Source: a candidate division WOR-3 bacterium (GTDB lineage Bacteria; Hydrothermota; Tepidihabitantia; B3-TA06). From it: a DNA stretch of 64,000 bases. The position numbers were made by a program, and so were the translations under genes. Numbering within the stretch: position 1 is the stretch's first letter; the number at the start of each line of letters is the position of its first letter. The stretch spans positions 204,688-268,687 of the forward strand of contig CBFGKC010000001.1 of the NCBI GenBank assembly GCA_965649265.1, read 5' to 3'. Under the pieces are notes generated by a model. The model saw only the letters and a program-made list of their open reading frames with translations, did not search any database and was not told the DNA's origin. Shown here in pieces: positions 10,269-20,038 of the stretch.

Positions 10269-10716
10269 AAAAGGTCTGCTTCGCTCGGAACTGCCCTCCT
10301 TTGGTCCCGGGGATACTGTCAAGGTCTCCTTCCACGTCCACGAAGGGAAAAAAGAAAAGGTGCAGGCGTTCCAGGGTGTTTGCATAAAGATACACGGTTC
10401 GGGGCCTAACAGGTCTTTTACGCTCCGGAAGGTTTCTCAGGGTATCGGTATCGAGAGGATATTCCCTCTTCACTCACCAATGCTTGAGAAGATTGAGGTC
10501 GTGCGTTTGGGTAAGGTTCGTCGCGCCAGGCTGTACTATCTGCGTGACAAGGTAGGAAAGGGCCTGGCCATCAAGGAAAGGATCATCAAAAAAGATCCTT
10601 CGACTGCAAAGAGCAGGAGAAAAACAGCAAAACCCGTAACACCCGTAACAGTGGATTCCCCCAAGGAGGCAGTAGATGCTCAGGAATCTGGACCTCCAGG
10701 CGTGGCGGAGGGTTAG
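10246..10716 (+). CDS. rplS: 50S ribosomal protein L19
   Basis: F.PGDTVKV, GIERIFPLHSP, GKVRRARLYYLR. Confidence 0.96.
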   Translation: MNKLVEIEKGLLRSELPSFGPGDTVKVSFHVHEGKKEKVQAFQGVCIKIHGSGPNRSFTLRKVSQGIGIERIFPLHSPMLEKIEVVRLGKVRRARLYYLRDKVGKGLAIKERIIKKDPSTAKSRRKTAKPVTPVTVDSPKEAVDAQESGPPGVAEG

Positions 10717-11311
10717 CCTTCTTTGCGGGGTTGATGAAGTGGGCCGGGGGGCGCTTGCCGGGCCGGTTGTGGCCGCGGCAGTCGTACTTCCGCAAGGGTC
10801 AGAGATTCCCGATGTCCGGGATTCAAAAAAACTGACTCACCGCAAACGAGAAGAACTCTTTCAACTCATTGCCGCAAAGGCACTGGGTATTGGAGTGGGA
10901 TTCATCCCACACGATGAAATAGACGAAACCGATATCCTTCGCGCCGCCCTGAGGGCGATGCGCAGGGCCTGCGAGCGTCTCGCCTTGCGCGTTGAACCCG
11001 ATCTCGTTTATGTCGATGGAACCTACGAGATACCGGACCTTCCGTGGCCGCAGGAACCATATCCTCAGGCTGACGCAAACTCGATGTCCGTTGCAGCGGC
11101 CTCAATCATTGCAAAGGTTCTAAGGGACCGGTACATGTCGCAGCTTGACTCTACATATCCCGAATACGGATTTGCAAGGCACAAGGGATACCCCACGCGT
11201 GAGCACGTCGAAGCTCTTCGCCGCAGAGGCCTTTCACCAATACACCGCCGCACGTTTCGTCCATGCGTGGAGTGCAGTGAGGTAGAGGTTCACGAAATAA
11301 AGATAGACTAG
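10676..11311 (+). CDS. rnhB: Ribonuclease HII
   Basis: GVDEVGRG.LAGPV, DSKKL, AAASIIAKV.RD, HKGY, HRRTF. Confidence 0.95.
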   Translation: MLRNLDLQAWRRVSLLCGVDEVGRGALAGPVVAAAVVLPQGSEIPDVRDSKKLTHRKREELFQLIAAKALGIGVGFIPHDEIDETDILRAALRAMRRACERLALRVEPDLVYVDGTYEIPDLPWPQEPYPQADANSMSVAAASIIAKVLRDRYMSQLDSTYPEYGFARHKGYPTREHVEALRRRGLSPIHRRTFRPCVECSEVEVHEIKID

Positions 11312-11759
11312 TACCTGTACTTGTAGTTCACTAATTGCAGGAGGGGGGATTAGTCTTTCTGAGGGAGATAGTCTCAACCGGAGGTGCGGTTTTCAGAAAG
11401 GACTATTAATTTGCAGCCTTGATCCCTCTCTCGCCAATATATCCGGGTGATTTCTGAGTATTGAGACTAAACGTTGACATGTTTCTTTTTCCGAGTAGGC
11501 TTCGCTCTTAGAACGGAATATCGAATAAATATGGATGAAAAGCTAGCGCGAGGGTCGGCTGGCGCTGATGCGACAACGTGAGAGATTTGCGAAAGGTTAG
11601 TCTTCGCAAAGCGACCGTGACCGGACAAGTCACTAGAAAGATCAGAACAGGCCAGCGGCTGCAATGCGTTGGTTACCGGATAAGTCATAAGAAAAAAGAA
11701 GAGGTTAGCATACAGCTTCCAGCTGGAGCTAATAAGACAATTAGGAAAAAGAAAAAAAG

Positions 11760-12022
11760 AAGCATATCGTTCGCAAGGCGGCGCTAACACGACAAGTTGT
11801 TTGTGATATTAACGAGAGGTTGGCGTTCACAGAGCGGCGATAATACGGCAAGCCGCATGATAGATGCGAGGTTAGCGTACGCAGAGCGACGATAACACGA
11901 CAAGCCGCAGGATGTATGCGAGGTTGGCGTACGCAGAGCGACGGTAACACGACAAGTCGCAGGATGTATGCGAGGTTGGCGTACGCAGAGCGACGATAAC
12001 ACGACAAGCCGCTTCGCGACTT
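11760..12022 (+). repeat. 52-bp tandem repeat array abutting tRNA-Ser(TGA)
   Basis: Units start at 11816, 11868, 11920 and 11972 (GAGGTTRGCGTACGCAGAGCGACGATAACACGACAAGCCGC...), with a degenerate copy at about 11760. Confidence 0.92.
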
Positions 12023-12108
12023 GGAGGGTTAGCGTAATGGCAACGCAGCAGACTTGAAATCTGCCGCCCCTTGACCGGGGCTTGGGGGTTCGAGTCCCTC
12101 ACCCTCCG
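12023..12108 (+). tRNA. tRNA-Ser(TGA), CCA not encoded
   Basis: GGAGGGT/ACCCTCC acceptor stem, GCAGA-CTTGAAA-TCTGC anticodon arm, long variable arm, GGTTCGAGTCC T-arm. Confidence 0.95.
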
Positions 12109-12112
12109 TGTG

Positions 12113-12143
12113 CCCCAAGAAGGTACTTTGTACCTTCTTGGGG
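12113..12143. repeat. 31-bp CCCC...GGGG palindrome (REP-like family; may also terminate the tRNA transcript)
   Basis: CCCCAAGAAGGTAC-TTT-GTACCTTCTTGGGG. Confidence 0.75.
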
Positions 12144-12224
12144 TTTGCTGCCAATATTGACATTCCCGATTTCTTCATATAATCAATACTAACTCATAAC
12201 TAACCAACTACCAAGGAGGTATAA

Positions 12225-12611
12225 ATGGATCAAAACCCTGTGATCCCGTCCTCAACAGATCCCATGCAGAAGATACGCTACAGCATAGAAAAAACCCAGG
12301 GCTGGCTGAAATTCCTTGGGATTCTTTCCATTATCGGCGGCGCCGTTCAGGCGATAACCCTCGTTGGCATAATTATAGCATGGCTGCCCATCTGGCTCGG
12401 CATCATTATGACGCAGGCAGGATCGAAAGGCAAGGATTATGCCGAAAAAGGTACCATAGAAGATCTCGTCGAGTACAATGACAAACTCAGGAACTACTTT
12501 ACCATCTACGGCATACTTGCAATAATCGGACTCATCGCCGGTGTTCTCGGCGGCATCGTAATGATTATTCTTGCGATAACCGGGGCCTTTGCCGCATCAC
12601 GTTTCTTCTGA
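12225..12611 (+). CDS. DUF5362-like membrane protein
   Basis: GWLKFLGILSII.G, IIIAWLPIWLG, KLRNYF.IYGI; strong SD. Confidence 0.75.
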   Translation: MDQNPVIPSSTDPMQKIRYSIEKTQGWLKFLGILSIIGGAVQAITLVGIIIAWLPIWLGIIMTQAGSKGKDYAEKGTIEDLVEYNDKLRNYFTIYGILAIIGLIAGVLGGIVMIILAITGAFAASRFF

Positions 12612-12634
12612 CAGCCAAATCGGGATCGAATATT

Positions 12635-12665
12635 AAGGGCGTCTTTGGACGCCCTTTTTCTTTTT
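12635..12665 (+). terminator. Intrinsic terminator
   Basis: AAGGGCGTC-TTTG-GACGCCCTT followed by a T-rich tail. Confidence 0.8.
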
Positions 12666-12735
12666 GGGGAGTTGGGGTTGACAATCGACGCATAAATCAG
12701 TCTAATCCTGATCGAGCAACGAAAGGAGTAAAAGC

Positions 12736-13191
12736 ATGGATAGCGTTCATCCCGAAAATATGAAGGAGCTCTTCAGAAATACCATATACCGTTCAAAGGG
12801 CTGGATTACGGGGCTGGGTTGGCTGGCTTTGGCCTACGGTATCCTGTCTATTTTGAGAGTGGGGGTGTCAACGGCAACGATTTTTGGTTTCACGGGTGCC
12901 TCATCACTGACTTATCCTTTAATTATCAGTGCCGGGTCCGGGTTCCTTGGTTTGGTCATCAGCTCATTGTTGATACCGATGGGAATAGTTCTCATCAATG
13001 CAGGAGGGAATCTCAGGAACTACCTCGCTGCCGAGGACTTCTCCGCGGTTATTGCCTTTCACGGGAAGATCAGAACCTCGGCGATACTTGCCGTGAGTGT
13101 GCTGGTAGTTGATGTCTTTTCAAACATCATAACCGCTTTTCTGTATTACGCAGTAGCGATTATGCCTGGGCTTACAGGATTTGGTGATTGA
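12736..13191 (+). CDS. Membrane protein, diverged paralog of the preceding DUF5362-like gene
   Basis: Shared 'I....GW...LG.L' start and similar 3-TM layout. Confidence 0.6.
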   Translation: MDSVHPENMKELFRNTIYRSKGWITGLGWLALAYGILSILRVGVSTATIFGFTGASSLTYPLIISAGSGFLGLVISSLLIPMGIVLINAGGNLRNYLAAEDFSAVIAFHGKIRTSAILAVSVLVVDVFSNIITAFLYYAVAIMPGLTGFGD

Positions 13192-13222
13192 CTTTTTTCG
13201 ATGCTCAGTATAATCCCTTCTG

Positions 13223-13311
13223 GGAGAGGTGGCCGAGTGGTCGAAGGCGACCGCTTGCTAAGCGGTTGTACGGGTAACACCGTACCGTGGGTTCAAATCC
13301 CACCCTCTCCG
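13223..13311 (+). tRNA. tRNA-Ser(GCT), CCA not encoded
   Basis: GGAGAGG/CCTCTCC acceptor stem, ACCGC-TTGCTAA-GCGGT anticodon arm, long variable arm, GGTTCAAATCC. Confidence 0.95.
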
Positions 13312-13380
13312 TATATAAAATGTTCTCGGGATTTTTAAAAGGAAAATCCCGAGAACAAATCTTAATTTCTTCGGAGTAAA

Positions 13381-14835
13381 ATGTCACAGGGAAATAACAC
13401 AATGTCTGGATCGAAAAATGGTGAAATCAGGGTTCGCATTGCCCCCTCGCCGACAGGTGCCATACACGTCGGTCTTGCGCGCTCGGCACTCTACAACTAT
13501 CTTTTCGCGCGCAAGCACGAAGGAACATTCGTCCTTCGCATTGAGGATACGGACGTTGAGCGCTCGACCCAGGAATCAGCCGACGCAATCGTCAAAGGAC
13601 TTGCCTGGCTCGGTATCACATTCGACGAGGGACCTTACTATCAATCCCAGCGGCTCGACATCTACCGCAAGTACGCAGATGAACTCATCCGCAATGGCCA
13701 CGCTTACCGCTGCTACTGCAGCGCGGAGCGTCTCGAAGAGGAACGCAAAAAGGCTGAGGCCGAAAAGCGGGCGTGGAAATATGACAGACATTGCCTCAAT
13801 CTCTCCGACGAAGAAAGAAAGAGCCTTGAATCCGCAGGTGTAAAGCCTGCGATCCGCCTCCTCATCCCCGAAGGCTCCACAACATTCTCCGACCTCATTC
13901 ACGGTGACGTCACACGCGAGCACAAGGACGTCGAGGATTTCGTCATCCTGCGCTCCAACGGCGTGGCAATGTACAACTTTGCCGTCGTCGTAGACGACTA
14001 TGAGATGAAAATCAGCCACGTTCTGCGCGCGGTCGAACACATCTCAAACACCGCCAAGCAGGTTCTTCTCTACAACGCTTTCGGCTGGCCGATTCCGGAG
14101 TTTGCCCACCTCCCCCTCATTCTCGGCGGGGATAAAAAGAAACTCTCCAAGCGCCACGGCGCCATGTCGCTCGAGGAGTTCCGTTCCCAGGGTTATCTCG
14201 CCGACGCGATGGTCAACTTCCTCGCCCTGCTCGGATGGTCTCCGGGCGAGGACCGCGAACTCATCTCCCGCGAGGAACTCGTAAATCTATTCACCATTGA
14301 GCGCATCAACACATCCAACGCGATATTCGACATGGCCAAGCTCTCATGGATGAACGGCGAGTACCTGCGCAAGCTCGCGCCTGACAGGCTCCTTTCTGAG
14401 TTCAACGACTGGCTTTCCTCGCAGTCCATCACACTTACCGCCGATCCTTCCCTGGTCGACAAGGCCCTTCCGCTCGTCGCCGAACGCTCGCGCACGCTCG
14501 CAGAGGTCTACGACTCCCTCCTCCCTTACATATCCAACGATCTGGTTTACGATGAAGAAGGCCTGAAAAAGCATTTCCGCAAGGATCTCGCAACTGTCCA
14601 CAAACGCCTCACCCTTTACCGCGAGCGTCTTGCGGCCCTGCCGGAGTTCACGAAGGAGGCCGCAGAAGAAACGCTCCGTCTCCTCGTGGAAGAACTCGGC
14701 GTCAAGCCGGGCGAACTCATCCACCCCGTTCGCCTGGCGGTCACGGGCCGCACCGTGGGGCCCCCCCTGTTCGACTGCCTCGACCTCCTGGGCCGCGAGC
14801 GCGTGCTCGCGCGCCTGGCGAAACTGCCGGAGTAA
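13381..14835 (+). CDS. gltX: Glutamate--tRNA ligase
   Basis: RIAPSPTG.HVG (HIGH), LRIEDTD, KLSKR (KMSKS). Confidence 0.96.
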   Translation: MSQGNNTMSGSKNGEIRVRIAPSPTGAIHVGLARSALYNYLFARKHEGTFVLRIEDTDVERSTQESADAIVKGLAWLGITFDEGPYYQSQRLDIYRKYADELIRNGHAYRCYCSAERLEEERKKAEAEKRAWKYDRHCLNLSDEERKSLESAGVKPAIRLLIPEGSTTFSDLIHGDVTREHKDVEDFVILRSNGVAMYNFAVVVDDYEMKISHVLRAVEHISNTAKQVLLYNAFGWPIPEFAHLPLILGGDKKKLSKRHGAMSLEEFRSQGYLADAMVNFLALLGWSPGEDRELISREELVNLFTIERINTSNAIFDMAKLSWMNGEYLRKLAPDRLLSEFNDWLSSQSITLTADPSLVDKALPLVAERSRTLAEVYDSLLPYISNDLVYDEEGLKKHFRKDLATVHKRLTLYRERLAALPEFTKEAAEETLRLLVEELGVKPGELIHPVRLAVTGRTVGPPLFDCLDLLGRERVLARLAKLPE

Positions 14836-14931
14836 CATCCTCGATTTCCTCCTCTCTGCGGTCGAAAAATAAATCCTCATAAGCCCAAGGACAAAGATTG
14901 ACTTCCCCCTCCATCTCGATATTCTTAAAAT

Positions 14932-15651
14932 ATGATTCCTGAAAAGCCCGTGGGTGCAAAAGCCTTCCGCTACTACGACCTCATCATGGCGGCGTTCGTG
15001 ACCGTGCTGCTAGTTTCCAACATCGTATCGACCAAGATAACGCATCTTGGTCCGTTCTCGTTCGACGCGGGGACCCTTCTCTTCCCTCTCGCCTACATAT
15101 TCGGCGACGTCCTCACCGAGGTCTACGGCTACGCGCGTTCGCGCCGCGTGATATGGGTGGGGTTCGCGGCGAACCTCCTCATGTCTGCCATAATCATGCT
15201 GGTTGGTGCGCTTCCTGCTGCGGAAGGCTGGCCGTTCCAGGAGTCGTACATGAACGTTCTCGGGCTCACGCCCCGCATCGTAATAGCGAGCCTGGTTGCC
15301 TACTGGGCGGGTGAGTTTTCCAACTCCTTCGTGCTCGCGAAGATGAAGCTCGCAACCAAAGGTCGCTTCCTCTGGACGCGCACGATAGGCTCCACAATCG
15401 TCGGCGAGGCGGTCGACACGGCAATATTCGCGACGGTCGCGTTCCTGGGCGTGCTCCCCTCCTCCCTGCTAGTTACCGTAATCATCTCCAACTACGTCTT
15501 CAAGGTTGGTGTTGAGATCGTGTTCACGCCGCTGACCTACCTCATCGTGGGCGGTCTCAAGCGCGCGGAAGGAGTCGACTACTACGACCGCAAAACCAAC
15601 TTCAACCCGTTCCTGCTCTCAACAAAGAAAATCTCCGAGCCCGAAGGCTGA
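14932..15651 (+). CDS. Queuosine precursor transporter (YhhQ/DUF165)
   Basis: LFP..YIFGDVLTEVYG...RR, R.IGSTIVGE.VDT. Confidence 0.88.
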   Translation: MIPEKPVGAKAFRYYDLIMAAFVTVLLVSNIVSTKITHLGPFSFDAGTLLFPLAYIFGDVLTEVYGYARSRRVIWVGFAANLLMSAIIMLVGALPAAEGWPFQESYMNVLGLTPRIVIASLVAYWAGEFSNSFVLAKMKLATKGRFLWTRTIGSTIVGEAVDTAIFATVAFLGVLPSSLLVTVIISNYVFKVGVEIVFTPLTYLIVGGLKRAEGVDYYDRKTNFNPFLLSTKKISEPEG

Positions 15652-15776
15652 AGGCTTATCTTGAGGAGGCACGAATCTTCAGGACAGGAAGTCAGCGTTT
15701 TGTTTTAAGCAAAATCGTTAAATACGAAAAAAATGATTGATGCATGAAAAAATCTTAAGTGAAAGAGGAGCAAGCT

Positions 15777-16121
15777 ATGGCCGAATTTCCCCTGTTCATG
15801 CGTAATCCCGTGAACGCAATCGTTCCTCAAATGCAATCGCCAGGTGTCGAAGGTTTCGTCTATGACGGCGTGGACGGCTCGCAGATGGCGTTCTGGACGG
15901 CCGCCAGGTCAGGCAAATCGTCCGAACACACCCACCCGTTCGACGAGTATTTCGTCGTCATCGAAGGGGAGTGCATCTTATATATGCAGGGGGAGGGGCT
16001 GGTGCTCCGCCGCGGCGATGAGTGTTTTATCCCGGGTGGTACCCCGCATTCCACGGAGAACGCGGCAGGTACACGGACCATCCACGCGTTCGCAGGAAAG
16101 AGGGCGGAAAGAAGAAAGTGA
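15777..16121 (+). CDS. Cupin domain protein
   Basis: H.HPFDEY..V.EG...IPGGTPH. Confidence 0.8.
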   Translation: MAEFPLFMRNPVNAIVPQMQSPGVEGFVYDGVDGSQMAFWTAARSGKSSEHTHPFDEYFVVIEGECILYMQGEGLVLRRGDECFIPGGTPHSTENAAGTRTIHAFAGKRAERRK

Positions 16122-16322
16122 ATACTTTCTCCTGCCTTCCCACGGCTTTCTCACGATCACGAGTTTTAAGAGGAACTAAAAAAAGAAACTTGCAGTCGTT
16201 GATGCGCGCGACAGCCCGAATTAGGAGATTAAACAAGGCTTGATACTGTGTAAACAGGCAACCCTGTGTTGCTTTCCTGCGTCATAAACCTATAATTGAT
16301 CTTTCAAAAGTCGGAGGTCCAG

Positions 16323-18527
16323 GTGCAAATAATCTTTGTCTTATCCCTTTTTCAAGCAAGAACCATCGAGGCGGTACGCGTAGATACTCCGCCTGTAATA
16401 GACGGCAAACTCGATGAAGCATGCTGGGTAGAGAATCCGGGTTTCAGCGATTTTATGGAAAACTGGCCCGTTCTTTGCGATCCCGCGTCGGAGTCTACTC
16501 GCGTGGTGGTTCTTTACGACGAAGACAATCTCTACATGGGTTGCTTCTGTCCTTATATAGACTCAAATCAGGTGGTTGCGTGGCTTGTGCCGCGTGGTTC
16601 AATTGGTGATGGGGATGACATCACTATTACTATCGATACCTACAATGATGATCGCAACGCTTTCAGGTTCGCCTTCAATCCCCTTGGCAACCAGCGCGAT
16701 GCCTATCTTTCAGAGGGTGGACGCAGGATTGACGAGTCGTGGGACGGCGTCTGGTATGTAAAAACGTCAATCGATAAATATGGGTGGTATGCGGAGTTAT
16801 CCGTACCTTTCAAAACCTTGCGCTTTAAGCCACAAGATGAGCAGGAATGGGGCTTATGCGTTTCACGCTGGCTGGATAACAGGGCCGAACGAGTGCTGTG
16901 GTCCGACTATTCCCCTGAGGACTTTGGACGCGGTACCATGATCGAACGGTTCGGAACCATTACGGGCATTCGCGGCATAAAACCCGGGCTTCACATGGAA
17001 TTCCTTCCACATCTCACGCAGACACTGCATATGGGCAACACCAGTCCGGATAGCACAGGTTTTGAAGATATCTCACTCGTGCCTATCCAGAACGGAGTAG
17101 TCGGTCTTGACTACAAATGGGCCGTTGCTTCGAATCTCACAATGGACATAACGACGTTTCCCGATTACGGGCAAGTAGAGGCCGACCCCGAAGAAATAAA
17201 CCTTTCACAATACGAGACTTACTTTTCAGAACGAAGGCCGTTCTTTACGGAAGGTGCGAGCATATTCGAATTTCCCTATCTCGATCTGGTATACACGAGA
17301 CGCATCGGCAAGAGACTGCCCGACGGCACAGAGGTTCCCATATACGGAGGAGGAAAGTTTACGGGCAAGGTGGGGGGGACGGAAATGGGATTTCTCGAAG
17401 CCTTGACCGGTTCAACGGAATACACTGACTGGTACGGCAATCAACAAAAAGAACCTCTCTACCTTTACTCGGTCGGTCGGGTCACGCAGGATATTTTCGG
17501 ACGATCCAAGGTTGGACTCATAGCAACTTCCAGAGACAGGCTGGATGCCCCTTACAAGGGTGATCACGTTGTGGGTGCAGATACCAGATTGAGATTTACC
17601 GATGACTGGGACCTGGTTGCCGTAGGTGCGCGTACGCTCTATTCCGATACCGCGGGTACGCCTGACTCGCTCACGCGCAGCGGAGGCAACATATTAGGTT
17701 TGGGTGTAACTCATGCAGGGCTTTTCACATACGGAGCGGATTTATTCTACACGGATTCCACCGCCAACATCAACGCCATTGGTTATATAGGCCGCCCGGG
17801 GAGGTTAAGCGGAAGCGTGGATTTTACTTATCAAAATTCCTGGAATGACAAGTGGATACGCTTCTTAAGCACCGGCGTGTACCCCAATATCGGCAAGTCT
17901 CTAAGCGACAGCCTGTGGTCCTACGGCGCATCCACGAGTACGTCAGCAACGCTCTCCAACAATTGGGCGGTATGGGTGAGCGGGTCTCTCGAAAACTCCT
18001 ATTTTTATGAAGATAACACCCAGCGTTTGACCCAAAACGCCGGAACAGGGTTTTCATCCAACTCGGCCAAGATTTTCTACGGCGGGATAAGCATAAACGA
18101 ATGGGATCAATACATTTATCAGAATGGTCCTCTTTACTTCGGGCATGTGGTCGCATTCAGTCCCAACTTCGGACTTCGTATTGCCAGGAACTGCTTTGTT
18201 TCGGGTTATGCGACACTCGATAGAACGTTCTACGGCGACTGGACTGCCGACTCGCTCTACTATCCACAATGGATGTGGACCGCGGGCGAGGGCATTCGCT
18301 ACACTGCGACTAATAAACTCAGTTTCAGGTTGAACATGCAGCAGAACACGGACGCCGAGCGCTATAACCAGCAGCTTCTGGCAACCTGGGAGATAGCGCC
18401 TCTGAGCTACCTTTACCTTGCTTCAACCATGAATCTTGAAGGCGATCCTCTGACTGCGACTCCATTCGATGTCCACGTAAGCGAGATGGCGTTTTACGCC
18501 AAGGTGGTTTATCTCTTCAGGATATAA
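16323..18527 (+). CDS. CBM9-like sugar-binding plus DUF5916 (probable outer-membrane) protein
   Basis: PVIDGKLDE.W, DESWDGVW, PDYGQVEAD...NLS.YETYFSERRPFF.EG; C-terminal YLFRI. Confidence 0.78.
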   Translation: MQIIFVLSLFQARTIEAVRVDTPPVIDGKLDEACWVENPGFSDFMENWPVLCDPASESTRVVVLYDEDNLYMGCFCPYIDSNQVVAWLVPRGSIGDGDDITITIDTYNDDRNAFRFAFNPLGNQRDAYLSEGGRRIDESWDGVWYVKTSIDKYGWYAELSVPFKTLRFKPQDEQEWGLCVSRWLDNRAERVLWSDYSPEDFGRGTMIERFGTITGIRGIKPGLHMEFLPHLTQTLHMGNTSPDSTGFEDISLVPIQNGVVGLDYKWAVASNLTMDITTFPDYGQVEADPEEINLSQYETYFSERRPFFTEGASIFEFPYLDLVYTRRIGKRLPDGTEVPIYGGGKFTGKVGGTEMGFLEALTGSTEYTDWYGNQQKEPLYLYSVGRVTQDIFGRSKVGLIATSRDRLDAPYKGDHVVGADTRLRFTDDWDLVAVGARTLYSDTAGTPDSLTRSGGNILGLGVTHAGLFTYGADLFYTDSTANINAIGYIGRPGRLSGSVDFTYQNSWNDKWIRFLSTGVYPNIGKSLSDSLWSYGASTSTSATLSNNWAVWVSGSLENSYFYEDNTQRLTQNAGTGFSSNSAKIFYGGISINEWDQYIYQNGPLYFGHVVAFSPNFGLRIARNCFVSGYATLDRTFYGDWTADSLYYPQWMWTAGEGIRYTATNKLSFRLNMQQNTDAERYNQQLLATWEIAPLSYLYLASTMNLEGDPLTATPFDVHVSEMAFYAKVVYLFRI

Positions 18528-18545
18528 GAACCAACCCCGTGGAAG

Positions 18546-19100
18546 TTACCGACTCTTCCAGAGTTCGTATTTAATTAAGCTATGCAGAGCCTCATCGTTG
18601 GAAAAAATAATCGCACCAATCATGAAGTCCTCACCTGTCCTCATGAATGAGATTGTGTTTTTACCTTTATTCAAGACGTTTTCCTGAATCGCTGCTATAC
18701 ATGGGATAAACCCGGAGCTATCAATTAGTTCCCTTAAAAAGTTCACGTGGGCGGTATCCGCCTCAAGTTCAAGCCAGCAAGACAAAAAGGGCTCCTTAAG
18801 GGAATCGGAGTAAGGATCGTTTTCATCCGAGTGGAGGGTAGCCGTATCTTCGTTAGTATTAACAAGAAAGTTCCCACCGCGGTATAAAAACCCCAGGGTG
18901 AAACCGGAATCTTCGGGATCGCTTAAGTCAAAGGAATAACCGAGGCTGTCTTTCTCAGGTAATGGTATATACCAGGAAGAAATGGTATCTTGTCCTACAT
19001 GATGAACTTCTCTGTCGAGCACAATCGTCTGGGGGTTGTTCGTCGAACATTCCAAAAGGGCAAAGAATGTAAGGATTAAACCAATCCGACCTTTCGACAT
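18546..19100 (-). CDS. Hypothetical exported/lipoprotein
   Basis: AAGGAGG SD; signal peptide ending in Cys; own promoter. Confidence 0.6.
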   Translation of the reverse strand: MSKGRIGLILTFFALLECSTNNPQTIVLDREVHHVGQDTISSWYIPLPEKDSLGYSFDLSDPEDSGFTLGFLYRGGNFLVNTNEDTATLHSDENDPYSDSLKEPFLSCWLELEADTAHVNFLRELIDSSGFIPCIAAIQENVLNKGKNTISFMRTGEDFMIGAIIFSNDEALHSLIKYELWKSR

Positions 19101-19213
19101 GTGTTCCTCCTTTCAAAACCTGTATAAAGTTTAGCAAGATTTTCTTTTGAGTCAAGATATTTTTATCACTTGACTTGATTCCTGTTCCGGTTAAACTAAA
19201 CGTGGAGGCAGCG

Positions 19214-20026
19214 ATGCTGGACGTAGAAAAGGCACTCGAATACATAGAGTTCGAAGGAACCGATCTTGACCGCTATCGCTGTCGTTTTCTTTTCAGGGGC
19301 GAGCGTGACGACACCATGGCTACCTGGCTTTTCGGATCCTACCAGAATTCAGACGGCGGCTATCCTCTTCACCTTATCTACGGCGAGCAATCCAATGTCT
19401 CCGAGACGGCAAAAATGCTCGCTTACTCGAGCGAACTCGGCATAGCTAACTCTCCCGTATCCCACAGGGCTCTAGAGTTTCTTAAAACTCGCCAGCATGT
19501 GCTCGGCTTCTGGCAGGAAAGCTCGTCTCAACTTGAACTGGGTGAGGACATGGGTGGTGAATGGGGCAGGCTCTGGCTTTCCGCGTATGTAGGCAGAGCG
19601 CTTTGCATGGCAGGGCAGCGAGAACTCGTTGAAACAAAAAGAGTGCGCAACTACTTTCTTGCATTAAGGGTTAACGGCCATCAGTTTACGACATCGCCTG
19701 CAATTCATTGTCTGGCGCTCGGATTCTTTGCCTTGCTTGAAGGCGCTAACTGCGGAATCGTAAGGGAGGCCCTGCCCTTCGCGATTGCTAATTTCACGAA
19801 GGCCAAAGAACCGAGGCTCATCAATATTCAGGTGCAGTGCCTTCTCGATGCGGGTGTGCAGCCTGAGCACGAGGTGCTTAAGGAGGCAAGAAGACGTCTT
19901 GTAAGACTCGAGGAGCGCGACGGAGGCTGGGGCGAAGACTATGAAGGGCTTCGCACAAGAACCACTATTGACGTGCTTTTACTTCTCTTGAAACTCGGGG
20001 CCTGGAGACTGGTGGAGGAGAACTAG
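19214..20026 (+). CDS. Prenyltransferase/squalene-cyclase-repeat protein
   Basis: QW-type repeats: QNSDGGY, Q...GFW, E.RDGGW. Confidence 0.65.
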   Translation: MLDVEKALEYIEFEGTDLDRYRCRFLFRGERDDTMATWLFGSYQNSDGGYPLHLIYGEQSNVSETAKMLAYSSELGIANSPVSHRALEFLKTRQHVLGFWQESSSQLELGEDMGGEWGRLWLSAYVGRALCMAGQRELVETKRVRNYFLALRVNGHQFTTSPAIHCLALGFFALLEGANCGIVREALPFAIANFTKAKEPRLINIQVQCLLDAGVQPEHEVLKEARRRLVRLEERDGGWGEDYEGLRTRTTIDVLLLLLKLGAWRLVEEN

Positions 20027-20038
20027 AAAGGAGTTTTT

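Noticed and set aside
11760-12022. CRISPR array interpretation of the 52-bp repeats
   Set aside because: Whole units repeat with no unique spacers, and there are no cas genes in the window.
11467-12102. ORFs overlapping the repeat array and tRNA
   Set aside because: Repeat-derived translations with no SD; some overlap the tRNA.
12023-12108. Selenocysteine or opal-suppressor tRNA
   Set aside because: The anticodon is TGA (reads UCA, Ser), not TCA, and the acceptor stem is a normal 7 bp.
14836-14931. preQ1 riboswitch ahead of the queuosine precursor transporter
   Set aside because: The predicted promoter leaves essentially no leader, and no preQ1 motif was seen.
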